Shown here one piece after another: positions 1 through 11,300 of a DNA stretch of 64,000 nucleotides. The DNA is taken from IMG/VR virus record IMGVR_UViG_3300008107_000034. One strand, given 5' to 3'. How positions within the stretch are numbered: the first letter of the stretch is position 1; every line of letters starts with the position of its first letter. This DNA is from an uncultured virus (IMG/VR IMGVR_UViG_3300008107_000034). Lineage: Duplodnaviria > Heunggongvirae > Uroviricota > Caudoviricetes. Below the pieces are notes generated by a model that worked only from the letters and a program-made list of their open reading frames with translations, had not been told where the DNA came from and did not search any database. The position numbers and the translations under genes are program-made.

Positions 1-1
1 A

Positions 2-1141
2 GACCAACCAAGATTTGATTTTGACCCTGTGACTGGTGAGAGTTTGGGATTACTTATTGAGGAGCAGAGAGTAAATCGTTGCACCCAATCTGTAAACTTT
101 AATTTTAGTGCTACATCAAATACAACAGAAACAACCATATTTAATCCTGACGGAACTGCTGCGGTTAGAAGAGTTCCTCTATCATCAGGAAACTTTCACG
201 GAGCAAGTTCTAATGCCGCAGATATTGATATTACAGGTCAATCAGTTGGAGGAACAACAGATGTAACAACTTCTATTTTTGTAAGAAACTACAATAATAG
301 TAATCTTCGTCTTTTGATTGGGTTTGTTGCGTTTGATGCAACACCGACTTATAGATATTTTTTGACGGTTATTGATACTGCAAATCCAACAACACTTGGT
401 ATTCCATCAGGAGTTGGATGGTCTAATGGTTCTACGAAAGTTGAGAACTATGGTAATGGTTGGTATCGTTATACACTTTCGGGAAGATATAACAAAGTAG
501 CGGGATTTAATACTATTTCTTTTGTAGGAGAGCAAATACACAGTAGCACGGGTCAGCAGTTTTGGAATGGTGATGATGTATCTGGGATTTATACTTGGGG
601 AAAACAAATAGAACTTGGATTATTTTCTACTTCTTATATTCCTACTGCTGGTTCCACAGTCACAAGAACCGTAGACGACGCAAAAATAGACGGAACAGCA
701 TTCTCTAGTTTTTATAATCCAACAGAATGGACTTTAATGATTGGTGCAAGAAGAAACTATGCTGGAAACTTTCTTGGTTATCCAAATCTTGCAAGAATAA
801 ATGATGGAACGAGTAACAATAATATTGGTTTTTATGGTGCAGATGCAAGTAATCAGTTCACAAACTTTGGTGTAACTTCTGGTGGAACAAACTATACCAC
901 TTATGTTGCAAGAAGTATTCCAACTACTGCACCATTTAAGATGATACAAGCACTCAAAAAAGATAGTTCAACTTTTGGTGTTGATGGTGTGATGACTACA
1001 ACTGATACTTCCGTTGAAATGCCCGTTGCACCAAATCAACTTATTATTGGTGGAGATGGGAAATGGGGAGGAACTATTCAACAGTTACTATACTATCCAA
1101 CAGCACTTCCTTCAAATCAACTTGTAACCCTCACTAAATAA
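2..1141 (+). CDS. Virion fibre/head-spike-like protein with LamG-like C-terminus, 5'-truncated by the window edge
   Basis: The frame is open from nt 2 (DQPRFDFDPVTGESLGLLIEEQRVN). This motif and TSYIPTAGSTVTR are typical of phage fibre/spike domains. Confidence 0.65.
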   Translation, partial: DQPRFDFDPVTGESLGLLIEEQRVNRCTQSVNFNFSATSNTTETTIFNPDGTAAVRRVPLSSGNFHGASSNAADIDITGQSVGGTTDVTTSIFVRNYNNSNLRLLIGFVAFDATPTYRYFLTVIDTANPTTLGIPSGVGWSNGSTKVENYGNGWYRYTLSGRYNKVAGFNTISFVGEQIHSSTGQQFWNGDDVSGIYTWGKQIELGLFSTSYIPTAGSTVTRTVDDAKIDGTAFSSFYNPTEWTLMIGARRNYAGNFLGYPNLARINDGTSNNNIGFYGADASNQFTNFGVTSGGTNYTTYVARSIPTTAPFKMIQALKKDSSTFGVDGVMTTTDTSVEMPVAPNQLIIGGDGKWGGTIQQLLYYPTALPSNQLVTLTK

Positions 1142-1153
1142 TCAAAAAAGACT

Positions 1154-1552
1154 ATGAGAACTTATAAAACTTATTATCTTCGTTTCGAATCACAAGAAGA
1201 AGCAGAAGCAAAACTCACAGAAGTTGAATATAGACACGAAGAACAATATCACGAACAAATCATAACAGAAGGAGAATCTGATGAATACGGAAACCCAACT
1301 TTTGATATTACTTATGGTGAAGAACTTCTTACAAGAGTCTGGTATTCAGTTACAGACCAAGTAGGAGATATTGATATTGTTGGTGATATCTGGAATAATG
1401 ATGGTGTTTATGATGAGGAAACTATGGAAGTCATCAGTCCTCCTACAAAAAAGGATGGGTATTATATCAATATTATTCTTGAAGGTTCTCTTCCAGAAAT
1501 TCTGCAATCTTACTCTGTAGAACCACAGAACCCTTATAGAGTATTTGCCTAA
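1154..1552 (+). CDS. Hypothetical acidic protein, possible fibre-associated chaperone
   Basis: 132-aa ORF directly after the fibre gene, ending in PQNPYRVFA. Confidence 0.6.
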   Translation: MRTYKTYYLRFESQEEAEAKLTEVEYRHEEQYHEQIITEGESDEYGNPTFDITYGEELLTRVWYSVTDQVGDIDIVGDIWNNDGVYDEETMEVISPPTKKDGYYINIILEGSLPEILQSYSVEPQNPYRVFA

Positions 1553-1588
1553 ATACTAAAAACTACCTAGTGTATACGAGGACGGTAG

Positions 1589-2575
1589 ATGGCAATTAAG
1601 ATACAGGGTACAAATGTAATCGATGATAATCAAGGTCTGAGAATTACTGGTGTATCAACTTTTACGAATGGACCTGTATTCATTGGAGCAGCAACTTCAA
1701 CAGGAACAGCATCACAAACTCTTCAAGTAACTGGTGGTGCTTATGTTTCTGGTTCTGTCGGTATAGGAACCACAAATCCATCATCATTGTTGACTGTTCA
1801 AGGTAATGCATTAATTACAGGCATTGGTACAATCACAACGTTAAGTGGAACTACAGCATCTTTTGGAACACTCAATGTAACAACTGGAAATATTGTTACT
1901 GGTGTTATCACAAATGCTCAGGGTACTAATCTTAACTACACTGGTGTTGGTACAATTACTAACTTAGGTGGAACCAACGTTAATTATACTGGTGTCGGTA
2001 CAATTGCGACACTCAACAGCACTGTTAGTACAATTACTAACTTAGGTGGAACCAACGTTAATTATACTGGTGTTGGAACCATCACTAATCTACGTGGTAC
2101 TAATATTAATATTAGTGGTATCGTCACCGCAACTGGTGGATTTAATATTGGTATTCAATCTGGTGGACTTAATGTTGTTACCGGAGTCATTACTGCTTTA
2201 AACTTTATTGGAGCAGGAAATACCTTTAGTTACAATTCCACAACTAAAATTGTTGATATTAGTATTTCTGGTAGTGGCGGTAGTAGTGGCGTATCAATTT
2301 CAACTAATACTACAAACCAGGCACAATTTTTAACATATGCAGTTTCTACAGGAACAACAACTGGATTAGGAGTTACTACATCAAGTCTTGTATTTAATCC
2401 ATCAACAACAAGACTTGGAATTGGAAATACAAATCCAGCATTTACTGCAGATGTTACGGGAGACTTAAGAATTAGATCTACAAATACTTTAAGATTCGGT
2501 GGAACTACTGGTACAACAAATTTTTATATACAATATAATTCAACAAATAATAGTTTAGACTTTGTAGCAGGATAA
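1589..2575 (+). CDS. Tail-fibre-like structural protein
   Basis: G/T-rich, VGIGTTNP motifs, internal TNLGGTNVNYTGVGTI repeats; upstream GAGG SD. Confidence 0.7.
   Translation: MAIKIQGTNVIDDNQGLRITGVSTFTNGPVFIGAATSTGTASQTLQVTGGAYVSGSVGIGTTNPSSLLTVQGNALITGIGTITTLSGTTASFGTLNVTTGNIVTGVITNAQGTNLNYTGVGTITNLGGTNVNYTGVGTIATLNSTVSTITNLGGTNVNYTGVGTITNLRGTNINISGIVTATGGFNIGIQSGGLNVVTGVITALNFIGAGNTFSYNSTTKIVDISISGSGGSSGVSISTNTTNQAQFLTYAVSTGTTTGLGVTTSSLVFNPSTTRLGIGNTNPAFTADVTGDLRIRSTNTLRFGGTTGTTNFYIQYNSTNNSLDFVAG
1950..2073 (+). repeat. 46-bp exact direct repeat within the fibre gene (1950-1995, 2028-2073)
   Basis: gtacaattactaacttaggtggaaccaacgttaattatactggtgt occurs twice, in frame. Confidence 0.85.
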
Positions 2576-2579
2576 GATT

Positions 2580-4145
2580 ATGCCAGTTGTAGGACGACTA
2601 GATCAATATGCAGCGTTAGTAGCGACTGAATTTGATGAAACGACCGCTAATAATATTGGTGTAACTGGTTTAAGTACATTCTATTCTTCTGAATTTTCTG
2701 AGAATGTTGGTGTTACAACAATCACTGCAAATATTTTTGCACCATATGATATTGTGTATGATGACTTTGCTGGAGCAGTTTATGGTCCAGGACGGGGTAG
2801 ATATATGAGACATAATACAGATAAGAGTGCAATTATCTATACTGAGATTGATGAGATTACACAATTTGATCCAATTAGTGCTACCGTAACACCATCAGTT
2901 TCTACATTAAATGAGGGATCTTCAGTTACATTTACAATTGCAACAACAAATTTTACGTCTGGAACTTTATATTGGACACTCAATTCTCTGAGTGGAACAT
3001 TAACAGGATCTGATTTTTCTGGTGGAGCAATACAAGGAACGGTTACAATTACTTCGAGTAGTGGAAGTGTTTCTTTAACATTGGCAAACGATACAACTCT
3101 AGAAGGGACAGAAAGTTTTCAACTTTTACTTAGAAAAGATACGTTCACTGGAAATGTAGTTGGAACAAGTTCTGTTGTTACCATCCAAGATACATCTACT
3201 CCTCCATCAGCAGGAGTTTTTGCAAGCACTAGATCTGTTGCTGAAGGATCTTCTGTAACTTTTAGCATTTATACTAATAATTTTTCTTCTGGAACTTTAT
3301 ACTGGACCATATACACTGCTGCAGGTACAATTGTAGCAGCAGACTTTTCTCCAGCAGCATTGTCAGGATCATTTACAATTACTTCAGGATCAGGAAGTGT
3401 AACATTAAGTGTAGCAAGTGATTCTACAGATCCTGGAGATAAATTTTTATTAGAGGTGAGAACAGATAGTATCACAGGAACAATTATTGGAAGAAGTGAT
3501 GTAATTGAGATTACTGAACCACCAGCATCTCTTTATTCAATTGCATTGGGAACAAAAGCACCTGTTTATGGTGCAGGTGGAGGTACTTATCCCCCAACAG
3601 GAAGTTGGACAGGACTTCAAAATGCTTCTGCTGATGATAGTTTTGTAACAATTAACATTCCATTTACATTTACATTCAATTCAACTGGATATACAACAAC
3701 GTATATGGGATCAAATACATATCTTACATTTGGTTCTGGATCGTCAGCTTTTAATGGTTTGTCTGCATCCAACCCAGCATTAAATAAATTTATGTTTGGT
3801 GCTTCTGATAATTCTTTTCAAAGAGTTTCAAGTTTTGCTTCTGGAACAAATTATGTTCGCATTCGTTATGAAGGAAATGGTTCGACAAGTGGAACGGTAG
3901 GATCTCCTGGAATCACTCTTGAAATTACTTTATTTAATCCATCTTTATTTGGCAATAAAAATGTTCTTGAATTATTAGTTGGAAATCATAATCGAACGGG
4001 TGGGGTAGCAAACGTTGCAAATACATCTACAGCATATGCAACTTATACACAAGCAGCAAATCAAAGTTATGTTTTTGAAGGAAATAGCACTGGAACGTCT
4101 TGGACAATTTATACTGGTTATTATGTTTCTGGAACTGATTATTAA
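2580..4145 (+). CDS. Structural protein with two Calx-beta/Ig-like repeats
   Basis: Two copies of EGSSVTFxIxTxNFxSGTLYWT...DFS; LANDTTLEGTESF is Calx-beta-like. Confidence 0.65.
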   Translation: MPVVGRLDQYAALVATEFDETTANNIGVTGLSTFYSSEFSENVGVTTITANIFAPYDIVYDDFAGAVYGPGRGRYMRHNTDKSAIIYTEIDEITQFDPISATVTPSVSTLNEGSSVTFTIATTNFTSGTLYWTLNSLSGTLTGSDFSGGAIQGTVTITSSSGSVSLTLANDTTLEGTESFQLLLRKDTFTGNVVGTSSVVTIQDTSTPPSAGVFASTRSVAEGSSVTFSIYTNNFSSGTLYWTIYTAAGTIVAADFSPAALSGSFTITSGSGSVTLSVASDSTDPGDKFLLEVRTDSITGTIIGRSDVIEITEPPASLYSIALGTKAPVYGAGGGTYPPTGSWTGLQNASADDSFVTINIPFTFTFNSTGYTTTYMGSNTYLTFGSGSSAFNGLSASNPALNKFMFGASDNSFQRVSSFASGTNYVRIRYEGNGSTSGTVGSPGITLEITLFNPSLFGNKNVLELLVGNHNRTGGVANVANTSTAYATYTQAANQSYVFEGNSTGTSWTIYTGYYVSGTDY

Positions 4146-4182
4146 GACATGAACATAAATAAAATAAAAAGTACCAATAGTT

Positions 4183-7100
4183 ATGGCTAGAAAAGCAATA
4201 CTGGAAACTGGATATACATTTACTCCTTCTACAAATACTGTAGTCATTCCTCGTGCAATACCTAGAGAAAGATTAATTTTAATTACAAACGTAACGACAA
4301 ATACAGTAATTTATAATTTTTCTGATAATAACTTAAGAGCAACTTCTTATACAATCGCAACTTCAAGTGCTGGAGTTACAACTACGACACTCGTTTTAAA
4401 TTATAGTACTGCTTCAATGAGCAGCACTGATAAACTTCAAATCATTGTAGATGAATATGAGGAGAAGTTCTTACCAGCTGAGATTGTCACTGATCCTGTT
4501 AATAAGTTCAGAGTATCAGAACCACAGGCACTGATTGATACCGACTTTGAATATGGTACTCAGATCACCAAGTGGGAAAACTTGGCAATGATTAATAATC
4601 GTCCATTTGTATTTTCATCTCCTGTAGGTATTGCAACAATTAATTATATTTCATTACCTACAAATTCTAGAACAGTGAGTGTAGGATTGCAGGCAGCTGC
4701 TCCTGGAGTTGGAACAGCAATTACAGTTCAGGACACATATCTTTCCATTGCAAATGGTAATTTTATTGTGGAGACTGTAACTGGTTCGGGAAACACAATA
4801 TTTACATATACTTCAAGAGCATCAAATACAACATCAATTAATCAATTACTTGATTCCAATAAAACTGGTATTTTTAGTGGAAGCACTTATACAAATGCTG
4901 CAATTGGTGGAACTCCAACATTTGGATGGACTTCTGGAACAGCAATCCCAGTAACGACAACAGTTCCTCATGGTCTTGCTATTGGAAATGAGGTTGCAAT
5001 TGTTGGATCATCTCAAGTAAATGCAAATGGATCATATGTTGTTGCAAGAATCAATAGCAATACCCAGTTCACTTATTATTCAACAACAGCACCAGCAGCA
5101 AACCCAACAGGTGGAAGAATTTTTGTAAGACCTCAAGGACAATTTTTACATAGACCATTTGATGGTGGAGTTATTTTTTCAAGTAATGCGAATGCTAACT
5201 TTGAGACTGCGATTCGTCAAACAAGAAGATATTTCCGTTATCAGTCTGGTAAAGGTATTCAGGTCAGTTCTGGTACAATTTTAAAACCAAACCTACAATT
5301 AGACTCTTTAACATCTATTGGTACAACAGTAACGGTTCAGACAAAAGAGCAGCATAATATTCAACCAGGAACTGTCATTACTGTTTCTGGAGCAAATGAA
5401 TCTGGATATAATGGAACATTTACTATTAATAACATTACTGGATATAACACATTTCAATATACTGCATCAACTGTTCCAACTGCAACTCCAGCATCAGGAT
5501 CTTATAATGCATCAGTATCTTCTTGGTATGGGTGTGTAAATAGACTTGGAATCTTTGACTCTCAAAATGGTCTTTTCTTTGAGTTTGATGGCCAACAACT
5601 TTATGCAGTTCGTAGAAGTTCAACATTCCAACTTTCTGGAAAGGTTACTGCCACTAGTGGTATTAATACAATTTCTCAAACAAATGCATCATTTCCAACA
5701 TATTTCTCAAAACAATTAGATATTGGAGACTTTGTTGTCATTCGTGGTCAATCTTATCGTGTTGTTGATATTGCAAGTGATACATCGATGACTATTTCTC
5801 CTTCATACAGAGGAGCAAGCTCAGACTATGTGATTATGTCCAAAACAACAGAAACAAGAATTCCACAATCTCAATGGAATATTGATAAGTGTGACGGCAC
5901 TGGTCCTTCTGGATATAATATAGATCTCACCAAGATGCAGATGTTCTACATTGACTACTCTTGGTATGGTGCTGGATTTATTCGTTGGGGACTTAGAGGA
6001 TCAACTGGCGATGTCATTTATTGTCATAAACTGATTAATAATAATGTCAATGCAGAAGCATATATGCGTTCAGGAAACTTACCTGGACGTTATGAATCTG
6101 AAAGCAGACCTCCAACAACAAAAATTTCTAGCAATGTTGCAGAATCTGATAACTATGTTGGTGTTGCAAGTACTGCAGGATTCCCTCCCTCAGGAACTAT
6201 ATTGATTCGAAATGCATCCACTTATGAGTATGTAAATTATGCTGGTATTGGAACAACATCATTTACAAATGTTACTCGGGCCCGATCTGGAAATGCATCA
6301 TTATCATTAACAGGTATTATTACAGGTCAAAATGTAGCAACAGCAACTACAACAAACCTTCAAGTCGGTCAAAGAGTTATTGGAGGATTCCCAGAAGGTA
6401 CATTTATTAGTTCTGTTGGAGTTGGAACTATTGTTTTAAGTCAAGGAGCAACATCTCAAAATCCAACTGTAATCGCTGCACCAATGGGAACTGGTATTGC
6501 AGGATCTTCATTTACTTATTCACCTGCTGATCCTGTTGCTGTTGAACTTGCATTCCCAACATTTGGTCCCTCTATTTCACACTGGGGTACATCGGTGATT
6601 ATGGATGGAAGATTTGACGATGATAAATCTTTGATCTTTACGTTCGGACAACAAACAGTAACTGCCGTTGCTGCTGGTGCATCGAGAGCACTGTTTTCGA
6701 TTCGTGTTGCACCATCGGTTGATAATGGAATTGCAGCAGCATTTGGGGCAAGAGAACTTGTTAATAGACTTCAATTGACTCTGGACAGTATTGGTATTTC
6801 AATTCGTGGTGGTACTGGTAACTTGCTGATTACTGCAATTCTAAACGGAACTCCATCGTCAACAACGAACTGGACAAATGCTGTTGGTAACGTTACTGGT
6901 GCTGTAAACTCTTCTCTTGCTCAAATTGCAAACTATGCAGGAGGAACAACAACAGTTTCTGGAGGTGAGACGATTGCTGGTTTCTATGTAAGTAGCACTG
7001 ATAGACTCGATCTTACAGGACTTAGAGATCTTGGTAATTCAATTCTTGGTGGTGGAGGAGTAACATCTAGAGAACAAATTTATCCAGATGGTCCTGATGT

Positions 7101-7185
7101 TCTTACGTTTGTTGTTACTAACTTAGCAGCTTCTGGATCTGCAGATGTTTTAGGTAGACTTTCTTGGACGGAGGCACAGGCATAA
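4183..7185 (+). CDS. Large virion structural protein (cyanophage-type)
   Basis: 1000 aa, beta-rich, repeated TxxPHGL/HN-type modules, RQTRRYFRYQSGKG motif; ATAAATA late-type motif upstream. Confidence 0.65.
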   Translation: MARKAILETGYTFTPSTNTVVIPRAIPRERLILITNVTTNTVIYNFSDNNLRATSYTIATSSAGVTTTTLVLNYSTASMSSTDKLQIIVDEYEEKFLPAEIVTDPVNKFRVSEPQALIDTDFEYGTQITKWENLAMINNRPFVFSSPVGIATINYISLPTNSRTVSVGLQAAAPGVGTAITVQDTYLSIANGNFIVETVTGSGNTIFTYTSRASNTTSINQLLDSNKTGIFSGSTYTNAAIGGTPTFGWTSGTAIPVTTTVPHGLAIGNEVAIVGSSQVNANGSYVVARINSNTQFTYYSTTAPAANPTGGRIFVRPQGQFLHRPFDGGVIFSSNANANFETAIRQTRRYFRYQSGKGIQVSSGTILKPNLQLDSLTSIGTTVTVQTKEQHNIQPGTVITVSGANESGYNGTFTINNITGYNTFQYTASTVPTATPASGSYNASVSSWYGCVNRLGIFDSQNGLFFEFDGQQLYAVRRSSTFQLSGKVTATSGINTISQTNASFPTYFSKQLDIGDFVVIRGQSYRVVDIASDTSMTISPSYRGASSDYVIMSKTTETRIPQSQWNIDKCDGTGPSGYNIDLTKMQMFYIDYSWYGAGFIRWGLRGSTGDVIYCHKLINNNVNAEAYMRSGNLPGRYESESRPPTTKISSNVAESDNYVGVASTAGFPPSGTILIRNASTYEYVNYAGIGTTSFTNVTRARSGNASLSLTGIITGQNVATATTTNLQVGQRVIGGFPEGTFISSVGVGTIVLSQGATSQNPTVIAAPMGTGIAGSSFTYSPADPVAVELAFPTFGPSISHWGTSVIMDGRFDDDKSLIFTFGQQTVTAVAAGASRALFSIRVAPSVDNGIAAAFGARELVNRLQLTLDSIGISIRGGTGNLLITAILNGTPSSTTNWTNAVGNVTGAVNSSLAQIANYAGGTTTVSGGETIAGFYVSSTDRLDLTGLRDLGNSILGGGGVTSREQIYPDGPDVLTFVVTNLAASGSADVLGRLSWTEAQA

Positions 7186-7188
7186 GAA

Positions 7189-8355
7189 ATGGCAAAACTC
7201 AAATCTGGTACAAGGATTTACGGAACAGCGACTATTGATACCAGTGCTACTGTAGGAACAATACAAATTGGATCAGGTATTGTTACTGCAACTGCTGGTG
7301 TTGTTACATACTATGGAGATGGATCTAAATTAACAAACATTGTTAGTCCTACTGCTAATTTAAATATTTCAACCACAACATCTTCATCTTTTAATTATGT
7401 AACACTAGTAGCAAGTTCATCAACATCTGTACTTGGAATTTCTTCAACATCAACTCCACTTGTTTTCGTTCCATCAACAGGAAATCTGGGTATTGGAACA
7501 ACAAATGCAACGAATACTCTTACAGTAACTGGTAGTGGAACATCAACATCTCAATTATTTGTATCAGGTGTATCGACATTAGGAACTCTGAAAATTAGTT
7601 CTGGAATTGCTAGTGCAACCACTGGAATTATAACATATTATGGTGATGCAACTCGTGCCGTTGATGGGACAAATTTTAATGTTGGAGTTACAAGTGCTTT
7701 TTCAACAACACTGACTGGTCTTGGTGCAAACATTCTTAGTTTACCATCAACTACTGAAAGGCGATATTTAATTTATTCAATTAACGTTGCAAATGTTGCT
7801 GCTGGAAACACAGAAATTAATGTTATTGGTGCCTTTGATTTTAGTGGTGGGGAAAGAAGTTATTTTGCTTACAATATTCCCGTCCCAACAGGAACATCCG
7901 TAGAACTTTTAAAACAACCTCAAGTTTTGAATCCATCTGATAGCATTGTAATGAGATCCACTGATTACAATAGAGTTGGAATTGACAGTATTGCTCAAGT
8001 TTATGTTACCTATCAGGAAAGAATAGATACAAATTATTTTGGTGTTGGACTGGGAACTGTTGGAATTGGAACAACGGATCTTTCTACATTATATACATCA
8101 ACAACTTTTCCAAGTGTTGTACAATCTATTCGATTAGCAAATAGAACAGACTCTGGTGGTTATCCAATTTCAGTTTCAATAACAAGTGGACTTACAACAA
8201 TTAATTTAGTTGATAATTTAATTATTCCAAAATATGCAAGTGTAGAAATTTTAGATACACAGAAAAGATTAAATCCAAATGATATAATTAAAGTTCAAGT
8301 TGACCAAACTTCTACAATCGACGTTCAAGTATCAGGTAAAAAAATAACTTTATAA
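7189..8355 (+). CDS. Tail-fibre-like structural protein
   Basis: SGIVTATxGVVTYYGDGS and GNLGIGTT motifs; duplicated C-terminal beta domain. Confidence 0.6.
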   Translation: MAKLKSGTRIYGTATIDTSATVGTIQIGSGIVTATAGVVTYYGDGSKLTNIVSPTANLNISTTTSSSFNYVTLVASSSTSVLGISSTSTPLVFVPSTGNLGIGTTNATNTLTVTGSGTSTSQLFVSGVSTLGTLKISSGIASATTGIITYYGDATRAVDGTNFNVGVTSAFSTTLTGLGANILSLPSTTERRYLIYSINVANVAAGNTEINVIGAFDFSGGERSYFAYNIPVPTGTSVELLKQPQVLNPSDSIVMRSTDYNRVGIDSIAQVYVTYQERIDTNYFGVGLGTVGIGTTDLSTLYTSTTFPSVVQSIRLANRTDSGGYPISVSITSGLTTINLVDNLIIPKYASVEILDTQKRLNPNDIIKVQVDQTSTIDVQVSGKKITL

Positions 8356-8359
8356 TTTT

Positions 8360-11300
8360 ATGGCAGATACTCGTGGTGTTTTTAGTTTAAAACTTGCATA
8401 TAAGATAAAACGTCTTGATGAATGGGTTCCACTAAATGATGTTTGGTTATTGGCACCAATACCAAACACTGGATACTTTGGTGGTGGTGTTGTTCCTGGT
8501 CCAGCAGTACAATCAGCAATGGATAAGGTCACTTATTCATCAGATACCACAGCAGCAGTCCCTGGTGCCAGATTAAGTGTTGCTCGTTATACTCTTGCTG
8601 CTACAGGAAACTCAACATCAGGATATTTTGGAGGTGGAAGTTCCGTCGGCCCAAATTACTCAACACTCGATAAGGTAACTTATTCAACAGATACAACCAT
8701 AGCACTTCCTGGTTCAGGACTTTTAAGTGTTGCTCGTAGTGCTCTTGCTGCAACAGGAAACTCAACAGCAGGATACTTTGGTGGTGGTAGTACTCCTGCA
8801 CCAGCAACTTATTCAACAATGGATAAGGTTACTTATTCAACTGATACTACTGCTGCTGTTCCTGGTGCTGCATTAAGTATCCCTCGTCAAGGACTTACTG
8901 CAACAGGAAACTCAACTGCAGGATACTTTGGTGGTGGATTTTCTTCAATTTCAACAATGGATAAGGTCACTTATTCATCAGATACCACAGCAGCAGTTCC
9001 TGGCGCTGCTTTAAGTGGTGGTAGACGTGGTGCAGCATCTACAGGAAACTCAACTGCAGGGTATTTTGGTGGTGGTAGGCAACCTACTAATGTAGATTTA
9101 ACGACAATGGATAAGATTTCTTATTCAAATGATACTAGAACTACTCTTCCTTCTACTGGATCATTAAGTGCTGCTCGTAATTATTTAAGTGCAACAGGAA
9201 ACTCAACAGCAGGATACTTTGGTGGTGGCGGCGCTTCTCCAAGATCAACAATGGATAAATTAATTTATTCATCAGAAACTACCGCTGCAGTTTCTGGTGC
9301 CGCATTAAGTGCTGCTCGTTATGGACTTGCTGCATCAAGTGCCAGAGCAAATTCACTTCCAGAATTACCTCTCCAGTCAGGACCTTCACTAAGATTTTCT
9401 GATGCAACTCCATCACCAAACACTGGATACTTTGGTGGTGGTGGGTTTCCTGCAAGATCAACAATGGATAAGGTTACTTATTCATCAGACACCACTGCAG
9501 CAGTTCCTGGAGCAGCATTAAGTATTGCTCGTTATCTTCTTGCCGCAACAGGATCTTCAACCGCAGGGTACTTTGGTGGTGGTGGGTTTCCTATAAGATC
9601 AACAATGGATAAGGTCACTTATTCAACAGACACCACAGCAGCAGTTCCTGGAGCAGCATTAAGTGTTGCTCGTAGTGGTCTTGCTGCAACAGGTAACTCA
9701 ACATCAGGATACTTTGGTGGTGGTGGTGGTGGTGGTTCAAGATCAACAATGGATAAGGTCACTTATTCATCTGATACCACAGCAGCAGTTCCTGGTGCCG
9801 CATTAAGTGCGGCACGATATGGACTTTCTGCAACAGGAAACTCAACAGCAGGATACTTTGGTGGTGGTAGTGGTCCCAGATCAACAATGGATAAGGTCAC
9901 TTATGCATCAGACACCACAGCAGCAGTTCCTGGTGCCGCATTAAGTGCAGCACGTTATGCTCTTGCTGCAACAGGATCCTCAACTGCCGGATACTTTGGT
10001 GGTGGCAATACTCCTGGACCAGTATTATACTCAACAATGGATAAGGTCACTTATTCATCAGACACCACAGCAGCAGTTCCTGGTGCTGCATTAAGTGTTG
10101 CTAGAGATACTCTTGCTGCAACAGGATCCTCAACAGCAGGATACTTTGGTGGTGGTGCTCCTGGTCCATTATCAACAATGGATAAGGTCACTTATGCATC
10201 AGACATCACAGCAGCAGTTCCTGGTGCATCATTAAGTGTTGCTCGTTATGGTCTTGCCGCATCAAGCGCCAGAGCAAACGCACTACCTCAACCACCAGCA
10301 GCAACACCCACACCAGCAACTGTATTCGCATCATCACCAAACACTGGATACTTTGGTGGTGGTTCTCCTGGTCCAGTATCAACAATGGATAAGGTCACTT
10401 ATTCATCAGATACAACAGCACAAGTTCCTGGTGCATCATTAAGTGCTGCTCGTTATGGTGTTGCTGCAACAGGAAACTCAACCGCTGGATACTTTGGTGG
10501 TGGACTTGCTTTTCCTGCAATATATTCAACAATGGATAAGGTCACTTATTCATCAGACACAACAGCAGCAGTTCCTGGTGCCGCATTAAGTGTTGCTCGT
10601 GCTTATTTAGCAGCAACAGGTAACTCAATAGCAGGATATTATGGTGGTGGTCGTGTCTCACCAAATAATTATTCAATAATGGATAAGGTTACTTATTCGA
10701 CTGATACCACAGCAGCAGTTCCTGGTGCCGCATTTAATCCTGCTCGTGGTGAATTTTCTGCAACAGGAAATTCAGATGCAGGATACTTTGGTGGTGGTAC
10801 TTCTCCTGGTGGTACTTTATCAACAATGAATAAGTTGACATATTCAACGGATACTAATAGTGCTATTCCTAGTGCATCATTTAGCACTACTATTGGTGGA
10901 ACTGGATCTACTGGAAATGCAACTGATGGATATTTTGGTGGTGGTGCTCCTGGTCCATTATCAACAATGAATAAGGTCACTTATTCTACTGATACAAGAT
11001 CAACAGTTCCTGGTGCTGTATTAAGTGCTGTTCGATATTTTCTTGCTGCAACCGGGAACTCAAGTGCAGGATACTTTGGTGGTGGTAATCCTGGTCCAAG
11101 ATCAACAATGGATAAGGTCACTTATGCATCTGATACTACTGCTGCAGTCCCTGGTGCTGCATTAAGTGTTGCTCGTAATACTCTTTCTGCATCAAGCGCA
11201 AGAGCAAATGCATTACCACAAACCTTTGAGACTCCATCATTCGCACCTACTCCGAACACTGGTTACTTTGGTGGTGGTAGTCCTGTGGCATCGACAATGG